Assembly (NCBI GenBank): GCA_036677685.1 | Contig: JAVBWA010000012.1 | Coordinates: 201,601 to 233,600 of the forward strand | Reading direction: 5' to 3' | DNA from: Syntrophomonas sp. | GTDB lineage: Bacteria; Bacillota; Syntrophomonadia; Syntrophomonadales; Syntrophomonadaceae | DNA length: 32,000 nucleotides | Part shown: positions 1-8,877 of the stretch, piece after piece | Layout of the letters: the number at the start of each line of letters is the position of its first letter | Numbering within the stretch: position 1 is the first letter of the stretch | Translations under genes and position numbers: made by a program | Notes under the pieces: model-generated | What the model was told of the DNA's origin: nothing | The model's database searches: none | The model's input: the letters and a program-made list of their open reading frames with translations, nothing else

Positions 1-952
1 TACCGGCGGCAATTGACTGAATTCCGTCTGCCCAATTTAAAGCCCCGATTGCAACACTATGTGAACCGTTGGCAATATTGGAACTCCCGATTGTAACGCT
101 ATAATCACCGTAGGCAGTGTTGTTGTACCCAGCGGCAAAACTGGCGTCACCGTTAGCTCTATTCTGATATCCGCCGGGAACGGTAGCATATGCACCGTTG
201 GCTGTGTTATTATATCCGCCGCCGACCGCGGCGCCCCGCATCGTTGCTCTATTATTATATCCGCCGCTGACGGTTGCGCCGTATCCTCCGACCGTGTTGC
301 CGGTGCCGCCAATGATATTGGGGTAGGTTTGAGTACCGCTGCCGGGCACAACCTGCATGGCGGCAGAACCGTTTACATAGAGCTTATCCGGGTAAGCCCA
401 CGCCGGAGTGCTGCTGCCATTAGATATCAGAACCTGGCCGGTGCTGCTGCCGCCGGCATTGATCTTGGCGGTGGTTACTGCCGAGTCAGCTATTTTACCT
501 GTAGTAACCGATCCATCGGCCAGCTTGGCTTCACTGACCGCCCCGTCGATGATGGATACCGCGCAAAGGGCGTAAGGGGCCGGGTTTAAAGGCTGGCGCG
601 GGCTGAGGGTAGTATAGCTGCCGGCCCCGGCCGGGCTGACCTTGGTTTCCAGCCAGTAAGCATTACCATCGAAAACACCAACCCCGAAATCCAGGCCGGC
701 GCTAAAATAGGCGCTGCTCACCGTCAGGGTCTGGGTGAGGGTCCCGCCAATCTGTGTTCCTCCGGATTCGGCGTCATAGAGGGTGAATTGAAAGTCATAG
801 CTCCCATTGGCGGGTTTGCCCGACTCCAGCAACTGTCCCTGGTAGGTGAAGGCTGTGCCTACCGGCGCCGCTACCGCCGACGGGTATAGAATGACCGTCA
901 GGACCAGGGTTAATAATACCGGCAACAAGAAAGGGAATCGTTTTTGCTTCAC
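1..952 (-). CDS. Secreted Gly/Asn-repeat protein (tail-fibre / YadA-head-like repeats), 3' end beyond window
   Basis: Absent from the ORF track because it runs off the window edge. The minus-strand frame opens with GTG at 952-950, with GGAG 8 nt upstream; the neighbouring ATG at 954 hits TGA at once. Translation VKQKRFPFLLPVLLTLVLTVILYPSAVAAPVGTAFTYQGQLLESGKPANGSYDFQFTLYDAESGG... gives a signal peptide. It is followed by IIDGAVSEAKLADGSVTTGKIADSAVTTAKI motifs and then 14-15 aa repeats (GGYNNRATMRGAAV, GGGYNNTANGAYATV, PGGYQNRANGDASFA, AGYNNTAYGDYSVT, IGSSNIANGSHSVA). The frame stays open to position 1. Confidence 0.7.
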   Translation of the reverse strand, partial: MKQKRFPFLLPVLLTLVLTVILYPSAVAAPVGTAFTYQGQLLESGKPANGSYDFQFTLYDAESGGTQIGGTLTQTLTVSSAYFSAGLDFGVGVFDGNAYWLETKVSPAGAGSYTTLSPRQPLNPAPYALCAVSIIDGAVSEAKLADGSVTTGKIADSAVTTAKINAGGSSTGQVLISNGSSTPAWAYPDKLYVNGSAAMQVVPGSGTQTYPNIIGGTGNTVGGYGATVSGGYNNRATMRGAAVGGGYNNTANGAYATVPGGYQNRANGDASFAAGYNNTAYGDYSVTIGSSNIANGSHSVAIGALNWADGIQSIAAG

Positions 953-1225
953 ATTCAACACTCCAATCTGTACATTGCTAAAAGGCATCGATCAAGCCTC
1001 CGTTTCATAATAAACGGTTACAATACTCACAACAGCCAAGCGATGTCCTACCTTGCCGTGGCGGCTTCCGCGCGGGTGGTATTGCCATGAGGCTGAATAG
1101 CTATGGAATTAACGCAGGCCGCCGTCACTGCTTCAGCCCGGATGAATTCAGACCATTTAATTTTTAGCGAGGCAGGCAACCTGGCCTTATGTACTGCCAC
1201 CGGTTCCCCTCTTGGTTGAGCCCCT

Positions 1226-4200
1226 TTAGGTTGGCCTCATAAATTTTACATCGACAAATTTTACTACCTGGCTGCTCTCATTAACCTCGTACAAACCAAT
1301 GTAATCCGTAGTCCGGTTGATCGTGATCTGGCCTCCCGACACATACTCCGTGGCCTCGCCAGGGTTGAAGCCAATAGCCGGAGCTGCCGCATTGACGGCC
1401 GGCGTTTCAAAGGGCAAGGTTTGTTTGACATACCTCAAGGTATTTCCGGCAGCGGGCGTATAGGTTATTATTATGAAGTCGCCGGGGAGATTGTCTTCCA
1501 AAGCAAAGCCCGTTATTCCCGGCGCGGCCAAACCTCCCGCGCCGGCTTCAATATCGTTCGCCCCAAGTGTAATGTCAACGAAAGTCACCACTTGATTGCT
1601 GCCTTGATTTATTTCGTACAACCCAAGATGATTTCCATATACAGCTCCTGTAATATCTGCTCCTGATGTGTATGGTGTTAACCACTCTATATAAGAGCTG
1701 CTGTCTTCACCGGCAATTGGCGGCAGAATAAAGCCTGGTTTTAAAGTATAGAACAGGCTATAGCCAGAAGTGTATGTTACGCTTGACGTTCCGCCGGGCG
1801 TGCCCGGATGAGCGGTTCCCGGAGCCACTGCATACCCGGTCGGTTCGGGCGCCGGCTGCCCCCATGAAATGTCTTCATGGAACTCTGACGATGGCACCTT
1901 GACTACGTAATCTATGGTGTCATTGGCGGTTTGACCGCCTGTTACGCAGGTGATGGATAAAGTCAGTACAGTTCCTCCATCATAATCAGGGTCTCGGCTA
2001 ATGACCGCATTTCCACCGTTAATATCGGTACTTACTCCTACATCCCTGGGGGCATCAAAGGTAAAAGTCACCCCCGCCTCTGTTAAATCAGCCGGTCTTT
2101 CTAATGTTACCGGACTGGCTGAGGGATCCGCACATGTTATCGAAGCGGCTGCTTTGGCGGCCGTTACGTTTACCTCATTTACAAGCATCTGTACCTTTGC
2201 CGCCGTGTTTAATGAGTTTGCTTGTGCAGCTTCTATAGCTGTTTGATATGCGTTATAATTATCACTAATTGCATTGCTTTGTCCGGTAGCAGTGTTCAAT
2301 GTATCTATATCAGGAGGGAAATCCCAACATAACTGACCGGCCGCTGCATTGACATAGTCGATTGCGGCCTGCTGAGCAGTCAGGGTCGTGATATTTACTA
2401 CATCGGAATCCCCCGCCAATGATCCGCCGGTCACAACCAGTTTGAAATCATAGGAGGTTGATTCAGTTAAACCAACTACTGTTCCGGATGTTGACGCATC
2501 ATCCAATGTTTCCTCTGTTGTCGCATCAGTCCAGTCATTCTGTCCTTTGGGGGATATTCTAATCTTTATCTCAGATGCCCCCGTAGCTGCGGTCCAGGTG
2601 AATTTTGCAGTTGTATCTGCCGTTAACGTGTTAGTAAAGCTAACGGCTGTTCCCGGTGTCATAGTTGTTGTGACGGTGTAAGTCTGGCTTGAAGCATCAG
2701 CTGCGGTTACCGTATAGGCTACCGGGCTGCTGAAGTCCTGCGCTGCGCCGCTGGACGGCACTATGCTTGCTCCGGTATGGGTGATGCTGGGTACCAGGGC
2801 GGTTATGCTTGTACCTGGCGGCACGGTCAGGGCTATGGTTTTTGCTCCTTCGTCTATGCTTCCGTTTACTACCGGGTTTAACTCGTTAAAATTAAATGCA
2901 GTTATTGCCATGGAAGCTGAAGCTGCTCTGCTTATGGTCAGGATATAGGTTTTCGTACTGTCTTCAGCTGTTACTACTATATTAACAGGATTTGGCCCCA
3001 CATCCAGGTTCAGGTTGTGGAAATTACCGGGATTCCCATTTACTTTTACGCTAGCAGTGCTTTCCTGGAGCACAACGCTCAAGGTTACCTGATAAACGCT
3101 ATTGGCCACACTGGCGTTATAGTTCAGAATGGCGGGAGCAAAGCCTGGGTTCAGGGTTCCACTGCTAAGGCTTATGCCTGCCAGCCTGGCGTTGCTGTTG
3201 CTGCTGCCCTCTCTAATTTCTCCACCTAAAAGGGCGTCATTTATCCCCTCGGCTACTGTCCAGTTTTGGGGTAGCTGCTGCATCTCTACCCCAGCAGAAT
3301 TAATAGCGGCGCTTATTATCTGCCCGCTTCCTCCAATGTTAGCCTGGGCATTGACCTGCAGGTCGTTTACGCTGACACCAGAGTCCATGGTCAGGTTAGT
3401 TCCACCGGCAGTTGCGGCAATATTCATCTGCCCGATGCTTCCCCCGGCTACCTGGATATTAAGACCAGGTGCATTAATATTTACCTTGGCAAAATTACCG
3501 TCTAGAATTATAGTAGTTCCTGCGGGGAAGCTAGGGCCGGTACTCACCATAGAAAACCCGGTAAACAATCCTCCGGTTAGCCCGCTTTCTTCCAGCTTCG
3601 CTCCCGAATTCAGGGTCAGTGCTCCAATGATGGTGCTGCCCTTGGCTACGATTCTAACGGTGTTAGTCTGCTTATCTACCGTAACCGTATAGAGTTCACA
3701 GTCTTCAATCGTTATACTGTTGGAACCACCGCCCAGGATATAGGTATTGCCTTGCACCTTGACGTTTTTTAGGGTGACGCTCCCTTCTCCTATACCTGCT
3801 CCCAGGGTAAGGTCTTTGGTGATTACCATGTTTTGCAGGGTTATCCCAGCGGCACTTACTATGACATTCTTGCTGATGATCTGGGTGCTGGCTGCACTTT
3901 CCGGTCCATAGGTTCCGGCGACTGCATAATTGATATAGCTTACACTTGATTCTTCATTTGTTTCGCCCTCGCCGCTGTCGGACGGGCCGGTACTTTGATC
4001 TGGAGAACCGCTGTTTTGCAGGGTTTGCTGGGCCTGCTGGCTTAATTCCTGCTGCATTTCTTTAAGCTTCTGCTCCAGTTCATTTTTCACTTGCTCGGTT
4101 AGCTGGATGCCGCTGGCTTCCAGGGCGTTTAATACTACATCAATGGTATTCTTGGCTTGTTCGGCCTGTTGGGCCGGAGTTAATGCTTGATCAGGTATTT

Positions 4201-5662
4201 CCACCAGCATCTCAACTGCCGGGGGTGCTGTGGCTTCTTTATTCCGGTCTATCTGCAAAGCGGTATTTACTACCCATTGCTGGACAGCGCTGAATTCCTG
4301 CTTTTCCTTTTCAGTCATGGGGACCGGCGGTTCCACGCCCCCTTCCTGGTTTATCCCGCTGCTCTTGCCTCCGCCCAGAGGTACGGCGCCGCCGCTTTTC
4401 CCGCCCACTTCAGCATCTCCGGTCAGGCAGCTTACATTACAGCTTCCATCCTGGTTCACACTGACCAGGATATAAGTTCCGCGAATCGCCGCTACTCCAT
4501 AAGGCATATCTATTTTCATTTTCACCTTCTTGGCATCTGCCTGCTGATACCAGGGCGGATTCTTGCTGCTCGGGCTGTCGGCTATATATTCCATGCCATC
4601 CAGTGATGCTAAGATGGTCTCTCCTGCCCGGGCTTGCTGTTTTTCCTGGGTAGTAGTTTCTTGTTTGGTGGCCAATGCGCCAAACAAGGTTCCTTTTTTA
4701 AGTTCGATGTCGACATTCTCCACGGCTATTCCGCTGCTGCCATCCTTTTTTATGCAGGCCCGGCCCAGCGATTCTTTTATCCAGAGTTCGCTGCTTTCTT
4801 TAATGAGTATGCTGCTGCCGTCGGGATATACGATGCTGGCAGTGCTGCCTGCGCTCGCGGTTATATTATCTCCTTTATATACGGGGTCTCCATTCTGCAG
4901 GGGGCTGCTGGTTCCAGCCCGAGTGATTTTTATTTCGCCTTTTATATCCTGAATGGTTCCGGTCAAATTCTTAATGTACAATCCGGGATCTTTAGTAAGC
5001 AAGGTTCCCAAAGCACGGGCCAGGCTCCCCCGGCTCATCACCGCATCAGGATAAATGTTTTTCCCGTCTGGGGACAGCCCGATCATTTCCAAGGCCAGGG
5101 CGGTACCCATATCGGCTGAGGCCCAGTGGTCCGTTTTCATATCGTTTAAGCCGGGCAGCGCTGCTTTTTCCTTTTGTGTACTTAAACGCATGACCAGGCT
5201 TATGCCCTGGGCCCGAGTGAGTTTTTCTTCGGGGCGGTAATTCCCATCGGGAAATCCTTGAAGATACCCGGCTTTAGCTGCGGCGGCTATACTGGCGGCG
5301 GCCCAGTGCCCGGTATTTACATCGGCAAAGCCGGTCTGTCCGGTTTCCGAATTCTGCAGTCCGGCAGCTTTGCATATTACGACGGCCGCTTGGGCGCGGG
5401 TCAGTCCTTCCCGGGGATGGTAATTGCCGTCGGGAAAGCCTTGGGCGATTCCTAATTGGTTTATGTAGGTAATGAAAATGGCGTTGAGGTCGCTGGAGGT
5501 AACGTCTTTGAATGGCACAGCCAATCCTGATTTGGTTTCGGCTTCTGCAGATACGCCTGCAGCCATTGCCATAACTCCAACATTAAATAATACCGCAGCG
5601 ATCATGACGGTCAGCAGGGCAAAATGTCTTAAGGCTCTTGCTGCAATCTTCAGTAATCTCAT
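1226..5662 (-). CDS. Giant SLH-domain cell-surface protein (1478 aa)
   Basis: N-terminal signal/anchor sequence, then three SLH repeats (FKDVTSSDLNAIFITYINQLGIAQGFPDGNYHP..., FADVNTGHWAAASIAAAAKAGYLQGFPDGNYRP..., DMKTDHWASADMGTALALEMIGLSPDG...). Next come a FecR-like beta segment, a Q/E-rich coiled coil, a beta-helix-like region, a cadherin-like domain (ARLAGISLSSGTLNPGFAPAILNYNASV), an Ig-like domain, an FN3-like domain, and a duplicated C-terminal module. The many plus-strand ORFs inside it are antisense artefacts. Confidence 0.9.
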   Translation of the reverse strand: MRLLKIAARALRHFALLTVMIAAVLFNVGVMAMAAGVSAEAETKSGLAVPFKDVTSSDLNAIFITYINQLGIAQGFPDGNYHPREGLTRAQAAVVICKAAGLQNSETGQTGFADVNTGHWAAASIAAAAKAGYLQGFPDGNYRPEEKLTRAQGISLVMRLSTQKEKAALPGLNDMKTDHWASADMGTALALEMIGLSPDGKNIYPDAVMSRGSLARALGTLLTKDPGLYIKNLTGTIQDIKGEIKITRAGTSSPLQNGDPVYKGDNITASAGSTASIVYPDGSSILIKESSELWIKESLGRACIKKDGSSGIAVENVDIELKKGTLFGALATKQETTTQEKQQARAGETILASLDGMEYIADSPSSKNPPWYQQADAKKVKMKIDMPYGVAAIRGTYILVSVNQDGSCNVSCLTGDAEVGGKSGGAVPLGGGKSSGINQEGGVEPPVPMTEKEKQEFSAVQQWVVNTALQIDRNKEATAPPAVEMLVEIPDQALTPAQQAEQAKNTIDVVLNALEASGIQLTEQVKNELEQKLKEMQQELSQQAQQTLQNSGSPDQSTGPSDSGEGETNEESSVSYINYAVAGTYGPESAASTQIISKNVIVSAAGITLQNMVITKDLTLGAGIGEGSVTLKNVKVQGNTYILGGGSNSITIEDCELYTVTVDKQTNTVRIVAKGSTIIGALTLNSGAKLEESGLTGGLFTGFSMVSTGPSFPAGTTIILDGNFAKVNINAPGLNIQVAGGSIGQMNIAATAGGTNLTMDSGVSVNDLQVNAQANIGGSGQIISAAINSAGVEMQQLPQNWTVAEGINDALLGGEIREGSSNSNARLAGISLSSGTLNPGFAPAILNYNASVANSVYQVTLSVVLQESTASVKVNGNPGNFHNLNLDVGPNPVNIVVTAEDSTKTYILTISRAASASMAITAFNFNELNPVVNGSIDEGAKTIALTVPPGTSITALVPSITHTGASIVPSSGAAQDFSSPVAYTVTAADASSQTYTVTTTMTPGTAVSFTNTLTADTTAKFTWTAATGASEIKIRISPKGQNDWTDATTEETLDDASTSGTVVGLTESTSYDFKLVVTGGSLAGDSDVVNITTLTAQQAAIDYVNAAAGQLCWDFPPDIDTLNTATGQSNAISDNYNAYQTAIEAAQANSLNTAAKVQMLVNEVNVTAAKAAASITCADPSASPVTLERPADLTEAGVTFTFDAPRDVGVSTDINGGNAVISRDPDYDGGTVLTLSITCVTGGQTANDTIDYVVKVPSSEFHEDISWGQPAPEPTGYAVAPGTAHPGTPGGTSSVTYTSGYSLFYTLKPGFILPPIAGEDSSSYIEWLTPYTSGADITGAVYGNHLGLYEINQGSNQVVTFVDITLGANDIEAGAGGLAAPGITGFALEDNLPGDFIIITYTPAAGNTLRYVKQTLPFETPAVNAAAPAIGFNPGEATEYVSGGQITINRTTDYIGLYEVNESSQVVKFVDVKFMRPT

Positions 5663-5898
5663 CCCCTTTCACTCTGTGCCAGCTGAAAAACCTCGCTGGC
5701 CGAGATTTCGATTTTGTTGTCCCAGCTTATAATATTGCCGTCCGTGGTTGCGCGCCGAAAAAAAGCCTTGTCCTCCAGCAGCCCGAACCGAACGGTGTTC
5801 AACCGGTCTGCCAGGTCCAACATGACACTGCTGCCGTTGGTGAACAGCACTTCCAGTCGATAGTCCTCCCCGGGGATGACAGTTTTTATTTCACTCAT
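5659..5898 (-). CDS. DUF2442-family small protein
   Basis: MSEIKTVIPGEDYRLEVLFTNGSSVMLDLADRLNTVRFGLLEDKAFFRRATTDGNIISWDNKIEISASEVF matches the DUF2442 pattern. I chose the ATG at 5898 (GGGAG 7 nt upstream) over the TTG at 5922 used by the track. Its TGA stop overlaps the ATG of the SLH gene (ATGA at 5659-5662). Confidence 0.7.
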   Translation of the reverse strand: MSEIKTVIPGEDYRLEVLFTNGSSVMLDLADRLNTVRFGLLEDKAFFRRATTDGNIISWDNKIEISASEVFQLAQSERG

Positions 5899-5913
5899 TA
5901 AACCACTCCCTAT

Positions 5914-5964
5914 AAAACACAAAAATCCACTCTACCTAAATGGTAAAGGGGATTTTTGTGTTTT
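5914..5964. repeat. Perfect 15-bp inverted repeat (AAAACACAAAAATCC / GGATTTTTGTGTTTT) with a 21-nt spacer
   Basis: Read directly: arms at 5914-5928 and 5950-5964. It sits between the LuxR-family gene stop and the DUF2442 RBS. On the minus-strand RNA it forms an A/U-rich stem ending in UUUU, so it could be a terminator/attenuator or a protein-binding dyad. Confidence 0.6.
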
Positions 5965-6014
5965 CATACTACCCATCGGGTAGTTTTTTCCTTACCCGGT
6001 CAGAAATGAGACAC

Positions 6015-6035
6015 GGGCGGATATGGAATCCGCCC
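6015..6035 (-). terminator. GC-rich hairpin immediately after the LuxR-family stop codon
   Basis: GGGCGGAT-atgga-ATCCGCCC: 8-bp stem, 5-nt loop, starting 1 nt after the TAG at 6036-6038. The downstream tract (GUGUCUCAUUUCUG) is only weakly U-rich. Confidence 0.4.
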
Positions 6036-8525
6036 CTACGGGTCAAGATCGTGTAAATGCTGCTTTAAAAGGCTTCTGCTGTTGATGGAGAGTTTGGCAT
6101 AGATGCTTTTTAGGGCCATTTTTACGGTATTGGTAGATATATATAAGCGTTTACCTATTTCAGCATTCGTAATACCCTCTGCCGCCAGGCGGGCAATTTC
6201 CATTTCCCGCTCGGTAAGCCGGGGCTTATCCGCTGTGAAATGCTTCCGAATGATTTGCTCTTGGTGCTTGCGGTAGGTCTTGGATAACTCCAATATCCGG
6301 GCAATATCCTCCTGACAGCTGCCTTCTCCGGCCAGCTTTTCCAGGAGTGGTTCGATATAATCGCAGTTTTCCACAAAGGGCATGTACATTTTGTCTGGCA
6401 TGGCAATCTCCAAAGCTTGCCTGAGGTTTGCCAACGCCGCATCATCCCTGAATACCTGCCGGTTGGCTGCGGCTGCATATATATATGTATAAACGTGTCC
6501 AAGCAGATTGGGAAAAACGGAGGCTATAGTGATAAAATAATCGGAAAGGCCGATTAGCTTAAAGTATTCACCATTAATCAGCAAGACTCTGCCATACATA
6601 ATGTTGAATGCACCCCAGGCAGGAAACCTGAGATGCAGGTTGGTGATGTCAACATCCACAAGTCTGGCCGGAATTTCATGTTTTTGATTAAGGTTGGAGT
6701 AAATACTGCCCTCGCATATTTCAACCGTATGTAAAAAATGATATTGCTTTTTAGTGGTCATATCTTCGCGCATTTTATGCAGGAGCTCAAACATTTGAGT
6801 AAAATCTCCCCTCATAAAGGCCAGGCGTATTTGCAGGTAAACGGCACAGAGTATAATGCTGTCCTGCATTTTCGACTGGGCTTTGTACAGAGCCTTGTGT
6901 ACTGAAATCTCGGCGTTGTCAAAGTCCCCCACATTGAAACACCTTTCCGCCTCCATGACATATTCTGCGCCCATGCCCTGTCCGTCGTTCAGAAGGTAAT
7001 AAATGGACATGGCGTTTTTTAATTCTTCGACCTGCTCTTCCAGCTTACCGCTTTCCCTGTATATCATATATAGGACGGACGGACAACCGAATGTCCAATT
7101 GGCCTTGTTATTCATAATCGATGTGGACTGCTTCATCAGTTGCCATGCTTTTTGGTGATGGGCCGTCATTTTTTTAAGGTCGTTGTAGGCGGGAAAACTC
7201 AGCATAAACTCCAATTCCCCTAAAAGCCGGTTGCGGGTGTCATCACCCAGGCTTGCGTTCGTTGCAACGTTATCGTGGAATTCCCGGCACACCTTGCTGA
7301 ATAGTTCGCCCTCATTATGTACAAACAAATGCATCAAATACTTTAATAAAGCATAGGGATGTCTGGACTTAACCTCCCCAGGGCAATCCGCCATATGCCG
7401 CTTGAGTATTTCTTTATTTTCATTGGTAAATGAATTGGTCCGGTCTTCTTCCAGAGTAAGCATGACACTATCGAAATCCCCGCTCCGGTAAAAATAATGC
7501 CGGGCCGCAATATAATCGCCGTTCTTTAAATACCAATACCCGGCTTTTTGATACAAATCCTGTTTATAGTGGGCATTTTTCCTTCCCAGTTCTTCCTGCA
7601 GGAAACCGGTGAAGATCTTGTGCATATGGTAGGTCTTGAGCCGGTCGTCATATTTTACGAACGCGTTCTTGCTGGTGACCTCATCAAGTAGCCGACCCGT
7701 GTTCTCTTTACGCCACATGTGGACAGCCTGTTCATGGGTAAAGCTTTCAAAAATACACATGGTGATGACCAACTCTTTTATTTCATCGGAAAGCGGTCTA
7801 AATACAGCTTTTTCAATCAACGTATAAATGCTTTTGGCCGGCGTATAGCTGCCCTCTGCTATGTATTCCAGCATAAACAGGTACAGCGCGCTTATCCATC
7901 CCTCGGTAACGGCATACAACCGGTCCGCTTCGTTACTCTTAAGATTTATTCCGCATGCCTGATAATATCCTGTGATCTCCTGCGGCATAAGCTCCAGGGT
8001 TTCTTTGCCTACATGATGCAAATAACCTTTAAGTTCCAGTTCTGCAAGCTTCTGAAATGTTGTGTTGCGAGCAGCTAAGACGATATGCAGATTGTCAATT
8101 TCGTTTTCAACCAGAAGGTCAATAAAGCTGTTGACTGCTGGGCTGTCAATCAGGTGGTAATCATCAATTACCAGAACGGTTTTTACCGGCAGTTCAATAT
8201 CCTCAATAAGCTTCAAAGCTTCCCGAGCCGATATAATGTCGTTAGGAAAGCCCAGGCATAACAGGCTTTGGGTGCGGTCATCGTCAAGTCCGCTGAACAA
8301 GCGGCTAAATCCATACCAAAAATTGCTGGTCGAACTGTCGTAAACCCTTTGCCACAAGACACTGACTCCGGCATTGTTCAGATACTCCCTTACCGCTGTG
8401 GTTTTCCCATAACCCATGGGTGCTTCGACGATAGTCAGGGAATGGTCAAAGATGCCGTCCATGGCTGCCGTTATTCGATCTGAAAAATACAGGTATTTAG
8501 GGTTGTATTGTCTAGGTTTAGACAT
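6036..8525 (-). CDS. MalT-like STAND ATPase / TPR / LuxR-HTH transcriptional regulator
   Basis: N-terminal Walker A (VEAPMGYGKTTAVREY), Walker B-like VLVIDDYHLI, and a long helical-repeat middle region. The C-terminal LuxR/GerE HTH reads LTEREMEIARLAAEGITNAEIGKRLYISTNTVKMALKSIYAKLSINSR. Strong RBS GGAGAGGGGG before the ATG at 8525. Confidence 0.9.
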   Translation of the reverse strand: MSKPRQYNPKYLYFSDRITAAMDGIFDHSLTIVEAPMGYGKTTAVREYLNNAGVSVLWQRVYDSSTSNFWYGFSRLFSGLDDDRTQSLLCLGFPNDIISAREALKLIEDIELPVKTVLVIDDYHLIDSPAVNSFIDLLVENEIDNLHIVLAARNTTFQKLAELELKGYLHHVGKETLELMPQEITGYYQACGINLKSNEADRLYAVTEGWISALYLFMLEYIAEGSYTPAKSIYTLIEKAVFRPLSDEIKELVITMCIFESFTHEQAVHMWRKENTGRLLDEVTSKNAFVKYDDRLKTYHMHKIFTGFLQEELGRKNAHYKQDLYQKAGYWYLKNGDYIAARHYFYRSGDFDSVMLTLEEDRTNSFTNENKEILKRHMADCPGEVKSRHPYALLKYLMHLFVHNEGELFSKVCREFHDNVATNASLGDDTRNRLLGELEFMLSFPAYNDLKKMTAHHQKAWQLMKQSTSIMNNKANWTFGCPSVLYMIYRESGKLEEQVEELKNAMSIYYLLNDGQGMGAEYVMEAERCFNVGDFDNAEISVHKALYKAQSKMQDSIILCAVYLQIRLAFMRGDFTQMFELLHKMREDMTTKKQYHFLHTVEICEGSIYSNLNQKHEIPARLVDVDITNLHLRFPAWGAFNIMYGRVLLINGEYFKLIGLSDYFITIASVFPNLLGHVYTYIYAAAANRQVFRDDAALANLRQALEIAMPDKMYMPFVENCDYIEPLLEKLAGEGSCQEDIARILELSKTYRKHQEQIIRKHFTADKPRLTEREMEIARLAAEGITNAEIGKRLYISTNTVKMALKSIYAKLSINSRSLLKQHLHDLDP

Positions 8526-8576
8526 AAATCAACCCCCTCTCCTTTTGCTTTAAATGATAATGCGGGTATTGCTATT

Positions 8577-8762
8577 TCAGATGGAGCAATAACCTGCCCC
8601 CTTTGTATAGGCCATGCTTCCAATTCGCCAGCACCCTGTAATTTCAGTTTTCACTTCTTTAAAACCTTGGCCGGCCTGGACTTTGTACACACTCTGCCAA
8701 CCTCTTGACACTATTTGCGGCAGATTATGCAGAACCTGAGCCATTTGCACCCTGTCGGTCAT
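8577..8762 (-). CDS. Hypothetical 61-aa ORF between kinase and LuxR-family gene
   Basis: An ORF only, with no convincing RBS and no recognisable family. It ends 50 nt before the LuxR-family start. The C-terminal part contains two Cys (GCWRIGSMAYTKGAGYCSI). Confidence 0.2.
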   Translation of the reverse strand: MTDRVQMAQVLHNLPQIVSRGWQSVYKVQAGQGFKEVKTEITGCWRIGSMAYTKGAGYCSI

Positions 8763-8877
8763 TTCAAATGCACGATAATCAAAAACTTAAGCTGAATATA
8801 GCACGAGGCAAATTTAAAAAAATACCAATTGCATAATCGGCACTTGAAATGACACAAATGACATCGTGATTGCTTTT

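Noticed and set aside
953-1225. A 270-nt ORF-poor spacer between the SLH gene and the repeat-protein gene. It was checked for a c-di-GMP (GEMM) riboswitch because of GGCAAUACC...GGAAGCC strings.
   Set aside because: It matches the GEMM-I core (GGCAAACC...ACGCAAAGCC) only partially, and no convincing paired structure was found. I left it unannotated.
1421-5732. A dozen plus-strand ORFs of 61-187 aa inside the SLH gene.
   Set aside because: All are antisense to a 1478-aa ORF with clear SLH, FN3 and cadherin-like domains. Their products are low-complexity Ala/Pro/Leu-rich strings typical of antisense frames.
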